From Octopus sinensis (taxonomy: Eukaryota): a DNA stretch of 64,000 nt. Below, one piece after another: positions 50,981 to 64,000 of the stretch. Position 1 is the stretch's first letter. Each line of letters begins with the position of its first letter. A program made the position numbers and the translations under genes. The stretch is from NCBI RefSeq assembly GCF_006345805.1, contig NC_042998.1, positions 144,522,001 to 144,586,000 on the forward strand. Reading direction: 5' to 3'. The notes beneath the pieces are model-generated. The model was not told the DNA's origin. It did no database searches and saw only the letters and a list, made by a program, of their open reading frames with translations.

Positions 50981-51152
50981 ACATATATACGACGGGCTTC
51001 ATTCAGTTTCTGTCTACCAAATCCATTCACAAGGCTTTGATCAGCCCAAGGCTATAGTAGAAGACACTTGCCCAAGGTTCCACGCAGTGGGACTGAACCC
51101 AGAACCATGTGGTTCGTAAGCAAGCTACTTACCACACAACCACTCCTACGCC
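50745..51152 (-). mobile_element. Young, near full-length tRNA-derived SINE family A
   Basis: Reverse complement of the 43859 family consensus, including head (ggcgtaggagtggttgtgtggtaagtag) and tail. Confidence 0.9.
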
Positions 51153-54100
51153 TATATATATATATTAGGTGCAGATGTGGCTACATGGTAAGACGTTTGC
51201 TTTCTAATCACATGATTTCAGGGTCAGCTCCATTGCATGGCACCTTGGTCAAGTGTCTTCTGCTGTAACTTTGGGCTGACTAAAGCCTTGTGAATGGATT
51301 TGGTGGATGGAAGCTCATTGTTTATATGTATATATGTGTTTGTTAATGTGTTACTGCAATGCAAGCAATTTCCTTTGTTTCCAGTGTTCCAAGACGTGTC
51401 TGGTCACTGGTCATGGGGAAATATTATCTTACTTAGAAACAATTGAGTGTTGGCAACAGGAAGGTCATTCAACTAGAGAATTCACTTTAACAAATTTCAT
51501 CCAACCAATGCAAGCATGGAAAAATGGATGTTAAAATGATGATAAGGATATATATATATAATCATCTAATGTCCATCTTCCATGCTGGCATGAGTCGGAC
51601 TGTGTGATAGGATTTGATGAGCAGAGTTCAGCGGTGGTGCCCCAGCATGGCCGTGGCCTTCAGGCTAAAACATTTTTAAAGATTTTAAGGAAATACTAAA
51701 CGTTTATTTTATGTTTGTGTAAGTATTATAAACATATACACATTTTCTTTTGCTCTTAGTAGGTATCCAACTGTGAAACCCAGCAAGCACTATTGGCTAT
51801 AAATATGATGGGCTTCTACATCTCATCACCAAAATCTTTATTTGCTTCAAGCTATTCTTACCTGCTCTTACATACTGTGGAGTGGTGATAACCTTCAATG
51901 TGGTTGAGCAACTAATCCCCACCAGTCAGGATTTGCAGTACAGGTTGTAGTATTAATTTTTTTGATCACTGAATGCAAAGGGTAGCTCACAAGAGCTCCA
52001 TTTGGATGATTTTCCTGAGTCACCGCCTCACCCTTGTATGCCAATCTGTCACAAGGTTACTCATTTACAGCTGAGTGGACTGGAGCAATGTGAAATGAAG
52101 TGTTTTGCTCAAGAACACAAGACACAACCTGTCAGTGAATTGAAACCATGATCTTACGATTGCAAGTGCAACACCCTAGCCACTAGGCTGTGCATCTCAA
52201 CAATGTGGGGTAGCCATGTATCTCCTCTCTAGCAAGAATACCTGTGTCTGTCCCTCTCTTATATTTTAACTTCTCTGCACTAGGCATAAAGTCACTCCCT
52301 CTCTACTACAACTCCTCTTAGTTGAGAGGACTTCTTTGTGTTGCAAGTTACTTGGTGACCTCGCTAGAGCTGGTGTCATGAAAAAAAGCACCTATTAAAC
52401 CTGTTAGGGCAACTAGTTATAGAAATGATTCTGAAGCAGATATTGCAGCTTGCTGCAGTCCTCTGGTTCATTGGATTCTGTCAAATCATCCAACCCATGC
52501 CAGCATAAAAGATGGATATTAAAGACAATGATGATAATGTTGTTTTTTATATATAATTACATATGAAGGCAATCAAATATTAAATTGAAAAATCACTACC
52601 TTTTAGCAAAAGAACAAATTTGTTTTATTTTTAAGTTAAGTTTGACAGATATTTCAGTTCTGTGACCTTCACTTCACTGAACTGTCTAATGAAGGTTACA
52701 AAGCCAAAAATTGAACTAACTGTCAACCTTTCTCTCATGAAAAAAAATATACAAAATATTTTGTAAATACAACTAAAAAAAAATGTATTTTTGTAAAAAA
52801 AAATTACCAAAATGTTCAATGAGTCTGAATGTATTATTTGAAATTATAATGAAACTAGAGCAAAAATATAATACTGATGAATATAACATAAATTACCCGG
52901 ATATAAATTTAGATTTCTCACATACATATGTAGTTAAAAACTAAACATGCATACACATGCACGTACACACATTCACGCACACAAACATACATAATCATAA
53001 ACCATGCACCATCAAAACAAAATAAAATTTGAAACAATTTTCTCAATATACTCTGATTGTTATTACAAACAGGCAATATGATTCTTTTCTGGGAACTGAG
53101 TATATGTGAATGCACACACATTTTGCACTCAATGCACAAAAGAAATTAACGTGTGAGCAAATAATTAATGTTTCACCAAAAGTTCGTGTTCTAAATTAGT
53201 TAATGTACTAATTAATAATTATATGAAGAATTTAACACAATGCAAAATTTTTGTGAACGGTGACTTCCAAAAATTAGAAGGAACACTGCTGCATGTGTGT
53301 ATGAGTCTAAATCTCTTGGCAATTGAAGATAAGGTTGGGCAATTGTACTAATGAAAGCTATTGAGATGACAGAAACACGGCTACAAGTGCCCACTTATCT
53401 CCAGACAATAAGCCTATCCTTTTCCCTAATGGCATGTCAATTTTGGAGAATCCTTGAATCTCAAGATTATTTCCCATCCACAAGTAGAGTTGATCTTAAT
53501 TGCCATTTGTTATTTGTGCAATATCCTCTAAAGGTGGAAATAATTTCAATATATCAAGAATTTATGTTGTGTGGTATTTGATCTACCCGTATTTGTCCAT
53601 GTTGTTCAAATACATGCCACTGGCCACTCAGAGTTATTTCTCTTAACTCATTTTTCTTTAAATTATAAACACACATACATTCTTTTGTTCATCTCAGTCA
53701 TTAGAGTGCAGCCATGCTGGAGCACTGCCTTGAAGAATTTCAGCCAAATAAATCAACACCAGTACTTTTTATTTTTTAAGCCTGGTACTTATTCTATCGA
53801 TCTCTTTAGCCAAACTGGTAAGTTACGGGGATATAAACACACCAACACCAGCTGTCAAGTGGAAGTGGGGGACAAGCACAAAAACACACATAGATATATA
53901 CACATACATACATATACACGATGAGCTCCTTTCAGTTTCTCTCTACCAAATCCACTCACAAGGCTTTGATCAGCCTGAGGCTATAGTAGAAGACACTTGC
54001 CCAAGGTTCCACACAGTGGGACAGAACCTGAAACCATATGGTTGAGAAGCAAGCTTCTTACCACACAGCCGCTCCTTATTAATATATATTTTTAATGTTC

Positions 54101-56389
54101 AGTTGTTACTCTTTACTTTTGTTATATTTCCAACAAATATATAAACATAAATTTATTTTTCCTATACAAGAATGCTGTTGACAGTAACTATCTGGTAAGA
54201 GGTTTGCTTCCCAACCAAATGGTTCTGGGTTCAGTCTCACTGCATAACACCTTGGGCAAGGGTTTCTACTATGGCCTCAGGCTGATCAAAGCTTTGTGAA
54301 TGAATTGGGTAGATGGAAACTGGAAAAAGCTTGTTGTGTATGTGTCTGCATGCACATACATGTATGTGTGTGTGTCTTTGTGCCTGTGTTAGTGCTCCAT
54401 CACTGCCTGGCAACCGGTGTTGGTGTGTTTATGTCCCCATAACATAGCAGTTTGGCAAAAGAGACCGATAGACTAAGTACCAGGCTTTAAAAAAATAAGT
54501 ACTGAGGTTGAATAATTTGACTAAAAATTCAAGGTTGTGCCCAGCATGGCCACAATCTCATGAATGAAACAAGTAAAAAATTAGTGGTTAAAGTGTTGTA
54601 CTCATGATTGTAAGGTTGTGGTTCCAATTCCTGTATTGGGTAATGCATTGTTTTCTTGAGGAAAACACTTCATTTCAAAATGCTGCAGTCCACTGAGCTG
54701 GCAAAAATTGGTAACTCTGCAATAGGCTGGCATCCTGTTTACTTATACACCATGGAAACTGGGTGATCAGTTTTATGAGTTCTAGCACTCAAGACAGTCA
54801 TGTCTAGGGGGTTGAAGACGATGAAGAATCCATATATAAATAGTGTCCTTCTCCCCTCGTCTTGGTGGAGACAAGGTCAAATGCCAGAGTAGTTTACTTC
54901 ACAGTCATGACATTCCCAGTTCAGTCCCATTGTGTAGGATTTTTGGCAAGTGTCTTTTGTCTTAGGGGTAGCCATGTATTCACCTCTTCAGCAAGAAATC
55001 TGCTCCTCCCCCTCTATCATATTTGCTTATCCCTCAGGACTATACTCTACTCAGTAGGGTGTGTGTGTGTGTGTATGTGGGTGATTTTCTTGTGAGTACC
55101 TGTCGCTGGTGATGGTGGCACGAAAAAAAGCACCCAGCATACTCTGTGCTGGTTGGCATTAGAAAAGGTACCTAGCCATACAAAACCATGCCAAAATAGA
55201 CATTAGAGCCTTCTGAAACATTTGTTCCAGTCAAACCAGCCAACCCATACCAGCATGAAAAAAGGGACATTTGATGATGAGGAGGAGGAGGAGGAAGTAG
55301 AGGAAGAGAAGATCCAGGCCTTTGTGGTGAAAGCAGAAGTATGTTGGATAGAAAATATATATCTGATTCATTACAGTCTGCTTTTCCACACACCTTGTCA
55401 GGCTGATTCTGCGTATGGATAATACCGGTTTCAAAAGACGAGCAATTTCATGGGAAGGGGGCAAATTGATTACATCGATCCCAGTACTCAACTTGTACTA
55501 ATTTTATCAACTCCAAAACGATGAAAGGCAAAGTCAATCTTGACTGAATTTGAACTCAGAACATAAAGCTGGACAAAGTGTTGCTAAGCATTTTGACATG
55601 TGAATAATATTAATGAATCACATGTACGTGGAGTACTCAGCAACTTGCATGCTAACACAATGATTAGGGTGGCTCATTTAGTTTTTACTAATGATACTTC
55701 ATTATTTAAGGACAGAATGACTTGGAAGAGCAGTAACGTCATGCATACTTGTTTATTTCTGTTGAACATGTTGGATTCATGACTACCTGCATGTGGTTAC
55801 ATGATATGTAGTTTTTATGTGAGATATATACTATGACAATGTATGGCTGACTACATCAGAAAATAGATACGGATATTTGTACACATACAGATACACACAC
55901 ACTCACACACAAAGTGTACATTTATATACAGATTTGTATAGGCACACACAAACATATATATGCATACACACACATATCTATATATACTGTATATTTGTAT
56001 GTTTATACACACGTGCATGTATACATATATACATGTATCTACAATGGGCCTCATGGAGGTGATGGCAAGTGACTGAGACCTTTAGCGATACGCTGTGCTT
56101 GAGAAGATTCGTCAAGCCAGGTGAAATCGTAGTCGTGGCTGTTGCTAGTATCATGTAAATGGCACCCATAGAATTGTAGTCATGGTCGTTGCTGGTGTCA
56201 TGTAGATAGCACTCATGCCGGTGGCATGTAAACAGCACCCATTACACTCTCAGAGTGGTTGGCATTAGGAAGGGCATCCAGTCACAGAAACCATGCCAAA
56301 TAAGACTGGAACTTGGTGCAGCTCTCCAGCTTACCAGTTCCAGTCAAACCGTCTAACCCATGCCAGCATGGAAAGCAGATGATGATGAT

Positions 56390-56453
<64 letters not shown>

Positions 56454-56519
56454 GGCATGTAAGGGCATTTACATATGCCTATAGTTTTATATATATAAGT
56501 ATATATATGAATACATATG

Positions 56520-58290
56520 ATAGTGGGTGGGTCATGGGAGGGGATGAGAGAGTGGATACTTTCATGAGATTATGGGGAAGGAGTAAATAGGTGAAATTAG
56601 AGGTTAATATAGTGAGTGATGAACAAGGGTGAGAATGTGGATGATGGGAAATATCAGTACATAGTGGGGATATAGGAATGGCTCAAGAAGAAGGACAGAA
56701 AAGAAAGTATTGGGATGATGTGCAAGGTGTAGGAGCAGTGGAGAGGGAGATATAGAGGTACATAAGGTGCTCTAGTAAGAAGGATATGATGATAGATATA
56801 AGAGGGTAGTGAGAATAATAGTAGATAGAGATATGAATGTGTATTGAGAAAGAAAGCACATAAGAGAGGTATTAAAAAAGAAGTATAGCAGAAGGGAGAC
56901 AGAGCAGTGGTTGAAGGCACAGAAAGAAATAGTGTAGGCAGGGATAATGTGGAATAGAAGTGGTTCTGGAAGGGGTGTGATTTTAGGTAGGACAAAGGAT
57001 GTAATATATGCCAATCCTGCCCTAAGTCGAGTAGTACCAGAGATGGGGTGTGATGGAAATGATAGACGGGGGAGGGGGTATGATTGACAGGAAAGAGAGA
57101 GAGAGGAGGTGGGGATAAGATCCTGAATGTACAAGCATAACAGAACTATTTTAGAATATCATTTTTGCTGTAATAGAGGAAAGGCTTTCTCAAGCACAGC
57201 AAACCACCAATCATATTAGCCCCTTGTCATCTCCTCTTCTCAACATCTTCAGATCAGCCTTCAATACTTTGTCCCATGTCTTCCTGGGCCTCCCTCGTCC
57301 ACAAGTTCCATCCACTTTAATTGATTGGTACTTCTTAATGCAACTGTCTTCATCCATATGCATCACATGAACAAACCAGTGCAGTCTTCTCTCTTGCATG
57401 CAAAATCTGATTCCTATTACACCTAACTTTTCCCTCAATACACTTGCACTTCATCATACATGCACACTAACAATGCACATCTAGCAGAGCATACTAGCTT
57501 CATTCCTCTCTAGTCTTTGCATGTCCTCTACATTCAGGGCCCACTCCTTCCATGGAGCATATTCATTAGTACACAAGCATCATACCATCTGCCTTCCACT
57601 CAGAAAGAAAGACCTCTGGCTGCCAACAGAAGAACTTTCTCCTTTCTGTTCTTATTCTAATGACTACACTTTCAGAACATTCTCCTCCACTGCTAATTAG
57701 GTTGCTTAGGTAACAGAAACTATCTACTACCTCTAGGGAGCCTCCAAGACATAAGAAAATCAATTTCTTATATGACCCCTGACTTTATAGCACCTATGCA
57801 TCTTCCACATACAAAAACTAATTTCTCTGTTAACTTTCCTGCAATTCCCATTGTACCTCTTGTATGTCCATAGCTTGCACTGGGAATTTCTGCCTACACC
57901 ATTCCTACATATTGAGCAAGGCCATTTACCTGAAGTGGGTAGTTTCCTATATTTTCCTGCTTACTAGAACCTTGGTCTTTGCCAAGTTAACTTTAAGGCC
58001 TCTCAATTCCAGGTATTGCTTCCACACCTGGAATTTATTTTCTAATTGTGTTACAGATTCTACCATGAAAATGAGATAATCAGCATATAGTAGTTCCCAA
58101 GGGCAGCCTGTCTTGAATTCTTGTTATGGACCAGAGAACATTAATGAATAGGAGGAGTCTAAGAACTAAGCTCTGGTGATTGCCTACCAGTACATTACAT
58201 TTGTCACTGTACTCATGGCTAACTCTCACTTGTACATAGATTGTACAGCTTTCATAAGCCATTCATTTACCCCTAGCTTCCTTAGAGACC
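56520..58290 (-). mobile_element. 5'-truncated RTE LINE (RT C-terminus plus 3'UTR)
   Basis: QDRLPLGTTIC (PWELLY-like frame nearby), LEVVDSFCYLSNLISSGG, ERRLHWFVHVMHMD..GRGRPRKTWD. Confidence 0.88.
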
Positions 58291-60453
58291 ACCATATCAC
58301 AGGGTGAGGGAATTTGTCGCAGGCTTTTTGCAGGTCATAAATGCCAAATATAGCAGTTTATTCTTAGCTAAATACTTCTCCTGCAGTTGTCTGACTAAAA
58401 TAGCATCAATAGTTATTTCTATATGGCATACACACATATGTATATCTATATAGATACAACTTACATATGCATACATACATGCACATACACACACACACAC
58501 ACCTAGTCAGTAGACAAACTTCATTTTCTATTGGTTGCAAGAATGTCACTGGTTTCCTTTGATGTTCCACTAAATCACCAATGACACGTGCCACTTGTAA
58601 TCACATGTCTGTGTGTCTGTAGAGATCTGCAGACATCAGTGGCAAGAAATGCAAGAGAATAGCATCTAGAATTATTGCTTTGCTTATACTCCTACTACAA
58701 ACAACTGCTGCCAATGAGAAAGACAGCTCCTATGTGGTTGTGCAAACTGTTAGAAATAGCAGCCAGATTCTCTCTCTCTTTGCGTATTACATTCTACCAT
58801 CTTAAAAAAGAAAATAGATCAGGTAGGCATGGTTAGATTGCATTTGATCATGCATCTACTCACTTCTACTACAGGCTACTAATGCCAATAAGAGAGACAC
58901 AGCCTCTATGTGGTTATCAATCTGTTAGTAATAGCAGCTAAATCATCTCTCTAGTGAAAGATAGGGTGGGCATAGCTAGAATACATTTGATCATAAGGCT
59001 GTTTATTTCAGACCTGGGGTTAAATAACAACACAACAACAACAAGGATATTCTTGTGTGCGTGCGTGCGTGCATGCATGCGTGTGCACTTGATTGGACAA
59101 ATGCTTGGTATTTATACCTGAACAATTATCAGCATCTCTTAATTCCAATTAATATGCACAAAACATCATACATCATCACTGCCGTTATCATCACCACCAT
59201 GCTGAAAGTCACTAATTTTTTTCACCACTAACATCATTATGATTACTATTATCTACACTGAGATCATCATCCTTTACCAAGATCATCATCATCTTCAGTA
59301 AGAGAATAGCCACTATCAATCCTACATCATAACCATTAACATCATTACTATAATTGCCATCATCACCATGATCAGTTGTCAAACATTTGGGTGATTTTTA
59401 TTTAGTATGTAACTGATGTACCTGGCTGAGAACGTTACCGTTGGTTATACAAGTGAAATCACTTTCCCCCCTCCTGATCCACTGACTGTATCACCTCTTT
59501 TTCTCCTTGAGGGTTTACTCTGGCATCCTATCACTACCATTTTCCTTTCTTTCTAGCTACTCCCACCCTTATATAATGTAAGGTAAGGTAGCCATATATC
59601 TTGTCAATAGGAAAACATCTGTGCTTGTCCCTAGCACCTCTTCTCCCTCTGAAAACCTACCAACACTCAGTTGAAGGAACTTTTTCCTTTTTCTTGTTCC
59701 TTCCAATCTTGCAACTTACTTGGTAACCTCACTAGTGCTGTTGACACATAAAAAGCATCCAATTCACACTGTAAAATGTTTGGCATTAGGAAGGGTATCC
59801 AGCTGTAGAAACTATGCGACAACTGACACTGGAGCAAAATGCAGCCTTCCGAGCCCTTAATCCTGTCCAACCATCTGACTCATGTCATCATGGAAAACAG
59901 ACATGAGGAAGTGCTGAAAAGATCCTGGTTTTGGATAAAAGAAAATAAAGGCGGATCACACTCTCACATACACAAATCTACCAAATCTGCTCACAAGGCT
60001 TTGGTTGGCCCGGGACTACTGTAGAAGACACTTGCCCAAGGTGCCACACAATAGGATCAAACCCCAAACTATGTAGTCAGGAAGCAAACTTCTTAACCAT
60101 TCAGCCACATGTGTGCATACACCCACACATTTTTTCACACTAACCAATTCAGATATCTACAAATTCCAAGAGCTTTCTTGACTTAAATCCTTGGGAGTTT
60201 GTTAATGACCAGCTTGAACTTTTCAAAGGAAAATATATTTAAATAAATGCCAAAAAACATATACCACACACACACCTATGTATCTTTTATCTGTTTCAGT
60301 CATTAGGCTGCAGCCATGCTGGGGCACTGCCTTGAAGAACTCTTAGTTAAAAGAAATCAAACTTAATGCTTTTATGGGGACATAAAGAAACCAATACTAC
60401 TTGTCAAGCAGTGGTGGAGGACAAACACGAACACACACATACACACATATATA

Positions 60454-61340
60454 CAGGGTGCAATGGGTAAATTGTCACCTTTACATATTTTTAATTTTGT
60501 GTACGCGCATTGTTTGTTTTTGATTTTACCAGCTACATGGTACAGTAGGGTCAGTTGGGCACTGTCTGTGAGAAAAACAGAACCATGACGCAATTCATTC
60601 TACCAGAAATTTAGAAACAACATGCTTTACTGCTTGGCATTCGCACTAGAAGCTCCAACGTGAACAAATGGTGAACACACAGAACAACCATTAGCTTGCC
60701 GTGTTCCCGAAACATGTACCAAGAGTGATAAGAAAGAAACATCCAGTCAATATTATGTTGTTTGGAGTGATCACTAGTGATAGCAACATTATGCCGCCAT
60801 TCATCTTCCCACACAGCCTCAGACTCATTACAGAGGCCAACATCAAGTGCCTGGAGGAGGTCATGCTGCCCTGGGTCAAGAGGGTGGCTGCTGGAAGAGC
60901 CTATGTCTGGCAACAGGACTTTGCACCATGCCACACAAGCAGGAGAACCCAGTCATGGCTGTCAGACAATTTCTGCAACCACATCACCCCTAACATCAAG
61001 CCACCTAACTCCCCAGACTGCAACCCCCTTGATTATTATGCATTAGGTGCAGCTGAGCGAGAAACCAACAAAATTCCTTGTAACATCAAAAATGAAGTGA
61101 AGGCAAGGATTATAGCAGCATTCACCAACTTCAACAAGGAGACTGTCCAGAAGATTTGTAGGAGATTCCAAAGTCATCTGGAGACCATGGTTGAAGCCAA
61201 TGGTGATTTTATTGAATGAATTTACTCTTTAGTATTTCAAGATGTTTTAATGTAATTTTGGTAAATATATATGTTAAAATGAGATGTCAGTGTTATTTTC
61301 ATTTTTGTGTAATTTAGACGACAATATATTCACAGCACCG
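60454..61340 (+). mobile_element. Internally deleted IS630/Tc1/mariner transposon with DD37D spacing (maT-like)
   Basis: ta|cagggtgcaatgggtaaattgtc left TIR, degenerate right TIR gacaatatattcacagcaccg. ORF 60701-61219 has WQQD-(37 aa)-D in PLDY. Confidence 0.88.
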
Positions 61341-61341
61341 T

Positions 61342-62852
61342 CATCATCATCATCATTTAAAGTCCACCTTCCATGCTGGCATGGGTAGGATGGTTTGACA
61401 AGAAGCAGACAGGCAGAAGCTCGCACCAGACTTCTGTAACTATTTTGGCAGGATTCTTACTGCTGGATGCCCTTCCTAACACCAACCACTCAGCAGAATG
61501 GACTTAGTGCTTTTTATGTGGTACAAGCACAGGAAAGGTCCGTTTTGCTAAGGTTTTTACAGCTGGATGCCCTTCCAAATGCCAACTACTTTACAGCGTG
61601 GACTGGGTGCTTTTAAGTGGTGCCTGCACTGGTAGGGTCACCAAGTACTTGCAAGACAAAAAAAATTCTTTTGAAAGGGGAGGGTGCATTGGAGGAGGTG
61701 ATCATGTGTAAGATGAAAAATTATAGAGAGGCAGAGACAGAAACATGTTGTCTTACCGTAGAGGAGGTAGAAGGTTACCCGGTTGGAGAGAGGGAGAGAG
61801 AGAGAGAGAAAGAGAGAGCAGGAATGACGACAGAAACAGGGGCACTGCCACAAAGGAAATACATGCTTACCCAATCTAATGGACGTACAGGAGGAGAGAA
61901 AGAAAGGGAGACAGCAGGATAGAGATGGTGGCAAAGTGCTGGGCATATGCAATGATATAGTGAGACAGATCGTGAGTGGAACACATAGGTCAGAGGCTAG
62001 TGGAAAGCAATGATACAGTGGCAGAGGACCAAGAGGACAGAATTGGGGAGTGGGACGTAAGCCTACTGCATGAAGTGGAAATGTGAGGAAGAGATGTAGT
62101 TTGGTTTGTTGTGGTAGAGTGTGTGAGAAATTTTCTTGTTAAGTGCGGGTGGGACACACAGCGCTTCTAGAACCCAGTTTTGCTGACATGGGCAGGTCTT
62201 CTCAAGAACTTCATATTGCCAGACATCTCAGTCCATTGTCATTTCCTTCATGAGGTCCAGCATCCTGAGATTGGTCCTTATCACTTCATCCCATGTCTTC
62301 CTGGGTCTCCCTCTTCTGTGGGTACCATCCACACTCAGTGATTGGTACTTCTTTATGCAGCTGTCCCTATTCATATGCATCATGTGTCCAAACCAATGTA
62401 GTCTTTTCTTTTGCATGCTACATTTGATTCCTCTTATGCCCGACTTTTCCCTCAATGCATTTGCACTTTGTCATACATGCACACTGACATTGCAAATCCA
62501 ACGGAGCATACTATCTTCATTTCTCTTCAGTCTATGCAGGTCTTCTGCATTCAAAGGCCATATCTCATGACCATGGAGTATAACCGTTTGCGCACATATA
62601 GTCTACCTTTCACTCTGAAAAAGAGTCCTTTTGTTGCCAACAGAGGTAATAGCTCTCTGAACTTCCTCCACCTAATTCTTATTCTAGAAACAATACTTTC
62701 AGAACATCCTCTACCATTATTAATTTGGTCACCTAAATAGCAGAAACTATGTACAACCTGAAGAGAGCCTCCTGGGCATTTGAGAGAATCTGAGTCCCAT
62801 GTGCTCTTAGTGCTTATTGTTCCTGCACATCTGCCACGCAAAAAGACAACTT
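61342..62852 (-). mobile_element. 5'-truncated RTE LINE with 3'UTR and (ATG)n tail
   Basis: FLRGRCAGTIST, FCYLGDQINNG, KRLHWFGHMMHMN..RGRPRKTWDEV. The tail abuts the DD37D right end. Confidence 0.9.
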
Positions 62853-62870
62853 TGTGTGTGTGTGTGTATA

Positions 62871-64000
62871 CAGGGGTTGGACAAAATAGTGGAAACACCT
62901 AGCATCATAGCATCATAATTTTGTAATATCTATAAAACTGTCAAAAGCTTGTTTATTTTTATGCTTTTTGATTTATTAATAGTGTTGCTTAATATGTTTT
63001 GCTAAAATTGCTGTTTCTTTTCAGATATCATCAGAAAAAGGTAATTAAAATTCATTAAAATGGAACATCTATCAGACTTTCAAAGCGGTCAAATTGTTGT
63101 TGCTTGTATGGCAGGTGCTAGCATAATAAAAACAGCCAAAATGTTTGGTGTATCAAGAAGTACTGTCTCAAAAGTAATGACAGCCTTTGAGAAAGAGAGA
63201 GAACCTCATTGTCAAAACAAAACTGCAGAAGAAAACCAAAACTCTCAGATAGGGACCGTCAAACTCTTACGTGAATTGTTACAAAAGATCACAAAAGTAC
63301 AGCTCCCAAAATTACTGCAGAGCTTAATGACCACCTTGAGAACCCAGTTTCCACAAAAACTGTTCACCAGGAGCTGCACAAAGCTGGATTTCACAGGAGG
63401 GCTGCATACAGAAAACCACTACTTTCAAAAACAAACGTTGCAAAGCATTTAGAGTGGAGTAAAAACCAACAGAATTGGTCCCTAGAGCAGTAGAAGAATG
63501 TTATTTTCTCGGATGAGTCATCCTTTACCTTATTTCCAACCACCAGCCGAGTATACGTGTACAGACAACCAATAGAAGCATTTGACTCAGACTATCTTCT
63601 TCCAACTGTTAAACATGGAAGAGGATCTGTAATGATTTGAGGGGCTATATCTTGGAAATCCGCCAGCCCAATGGTTTCCCTTCATGGCAGAATTAATAGT
63701 AAAGACTATTTAAGCATTTTATCTGATCAAATTCATCCTATGATTGCGGAACTGTTTCCAGAGGGAAACAATCTTTCAGGATGATAATGCACCAATTCAC
63801 ACGGCTAAAATTCTTACTGAATGGCACAAGGAACATTCCAGTGAAGTTGAACATCTTATCTGGCCACCACAGTCCACAGATTTCAATATTATTGAACATT
63901 TATGGTGCATTTTAGAAAAACAAGTAAGGAGTCGATATCCTCCACCATTATCACTACAAGAACTGGAGACTGTTTTAGCTGAAGAATGGACAAAAATTCC
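62871..64000 (+). mobile_element. Tc1-like transposon with DD36E spacing, runs off the window end
   Basis: ta|caggggttggacaaaatagtggaaacacc left TIR. ATG at 63060, paired-like HTH, FSDES, FQDDNAPIH-(36 aa)-E in NIIE. Two frameshifts and two TGG-derived stops. Confidence 0.92.

Noticed and set aside
58406-58594. Short non-repetitive ORF MARVIGDLVEHQRKPV.. as GNB5 exon 1
   Set aside because: GTG start, no Gbeta5 similarity, and it runs into a (GT)n tract.

Overview
Eukaryotic, AT-rich, microsatellite- and transposon-dense genomic DNA. The repeat complement looks like an octopus (coleoid cephalopod) genome; this is an inference from recognised repeat types, not a database result. One host gene is supported: G-protein beta-5 (GNB5) on the minus strand. 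Nine coding exons were resolved by hand (42378 down to 11569), all introns are GT-AG, and the reading frame is continuous. The first coding exon (about 40 aa) was not found and probably lies beyond 64000. The rest is TE-derived: RTE, CR1/L2 and two RLE-type LINE fragments, two Helitrons with recognisable termini, three Tc1/mariner elements (decayed mariner, DD37D, DD36E), several tRNA-SINE families, MITE-like fold-backs and very long (RY)n microsatellites. No CRISPR, rRNA or genuine tRNA gene was seen, and I found no clear novel multi-gene system. The best leads are RNA-structure related: a small hairpin family whose mismatches are almost all G-U wobbles on one strand, a candidate restorative A-to-I recoding site in GNB5 (Asn to Asp), inverted young LINE tails flanking one exon, and many fold-back duplications in the GNB5 pre-mRNA. 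Identities and alignments were counted by eye; TE boundaries are approximate unless termini are quoted.
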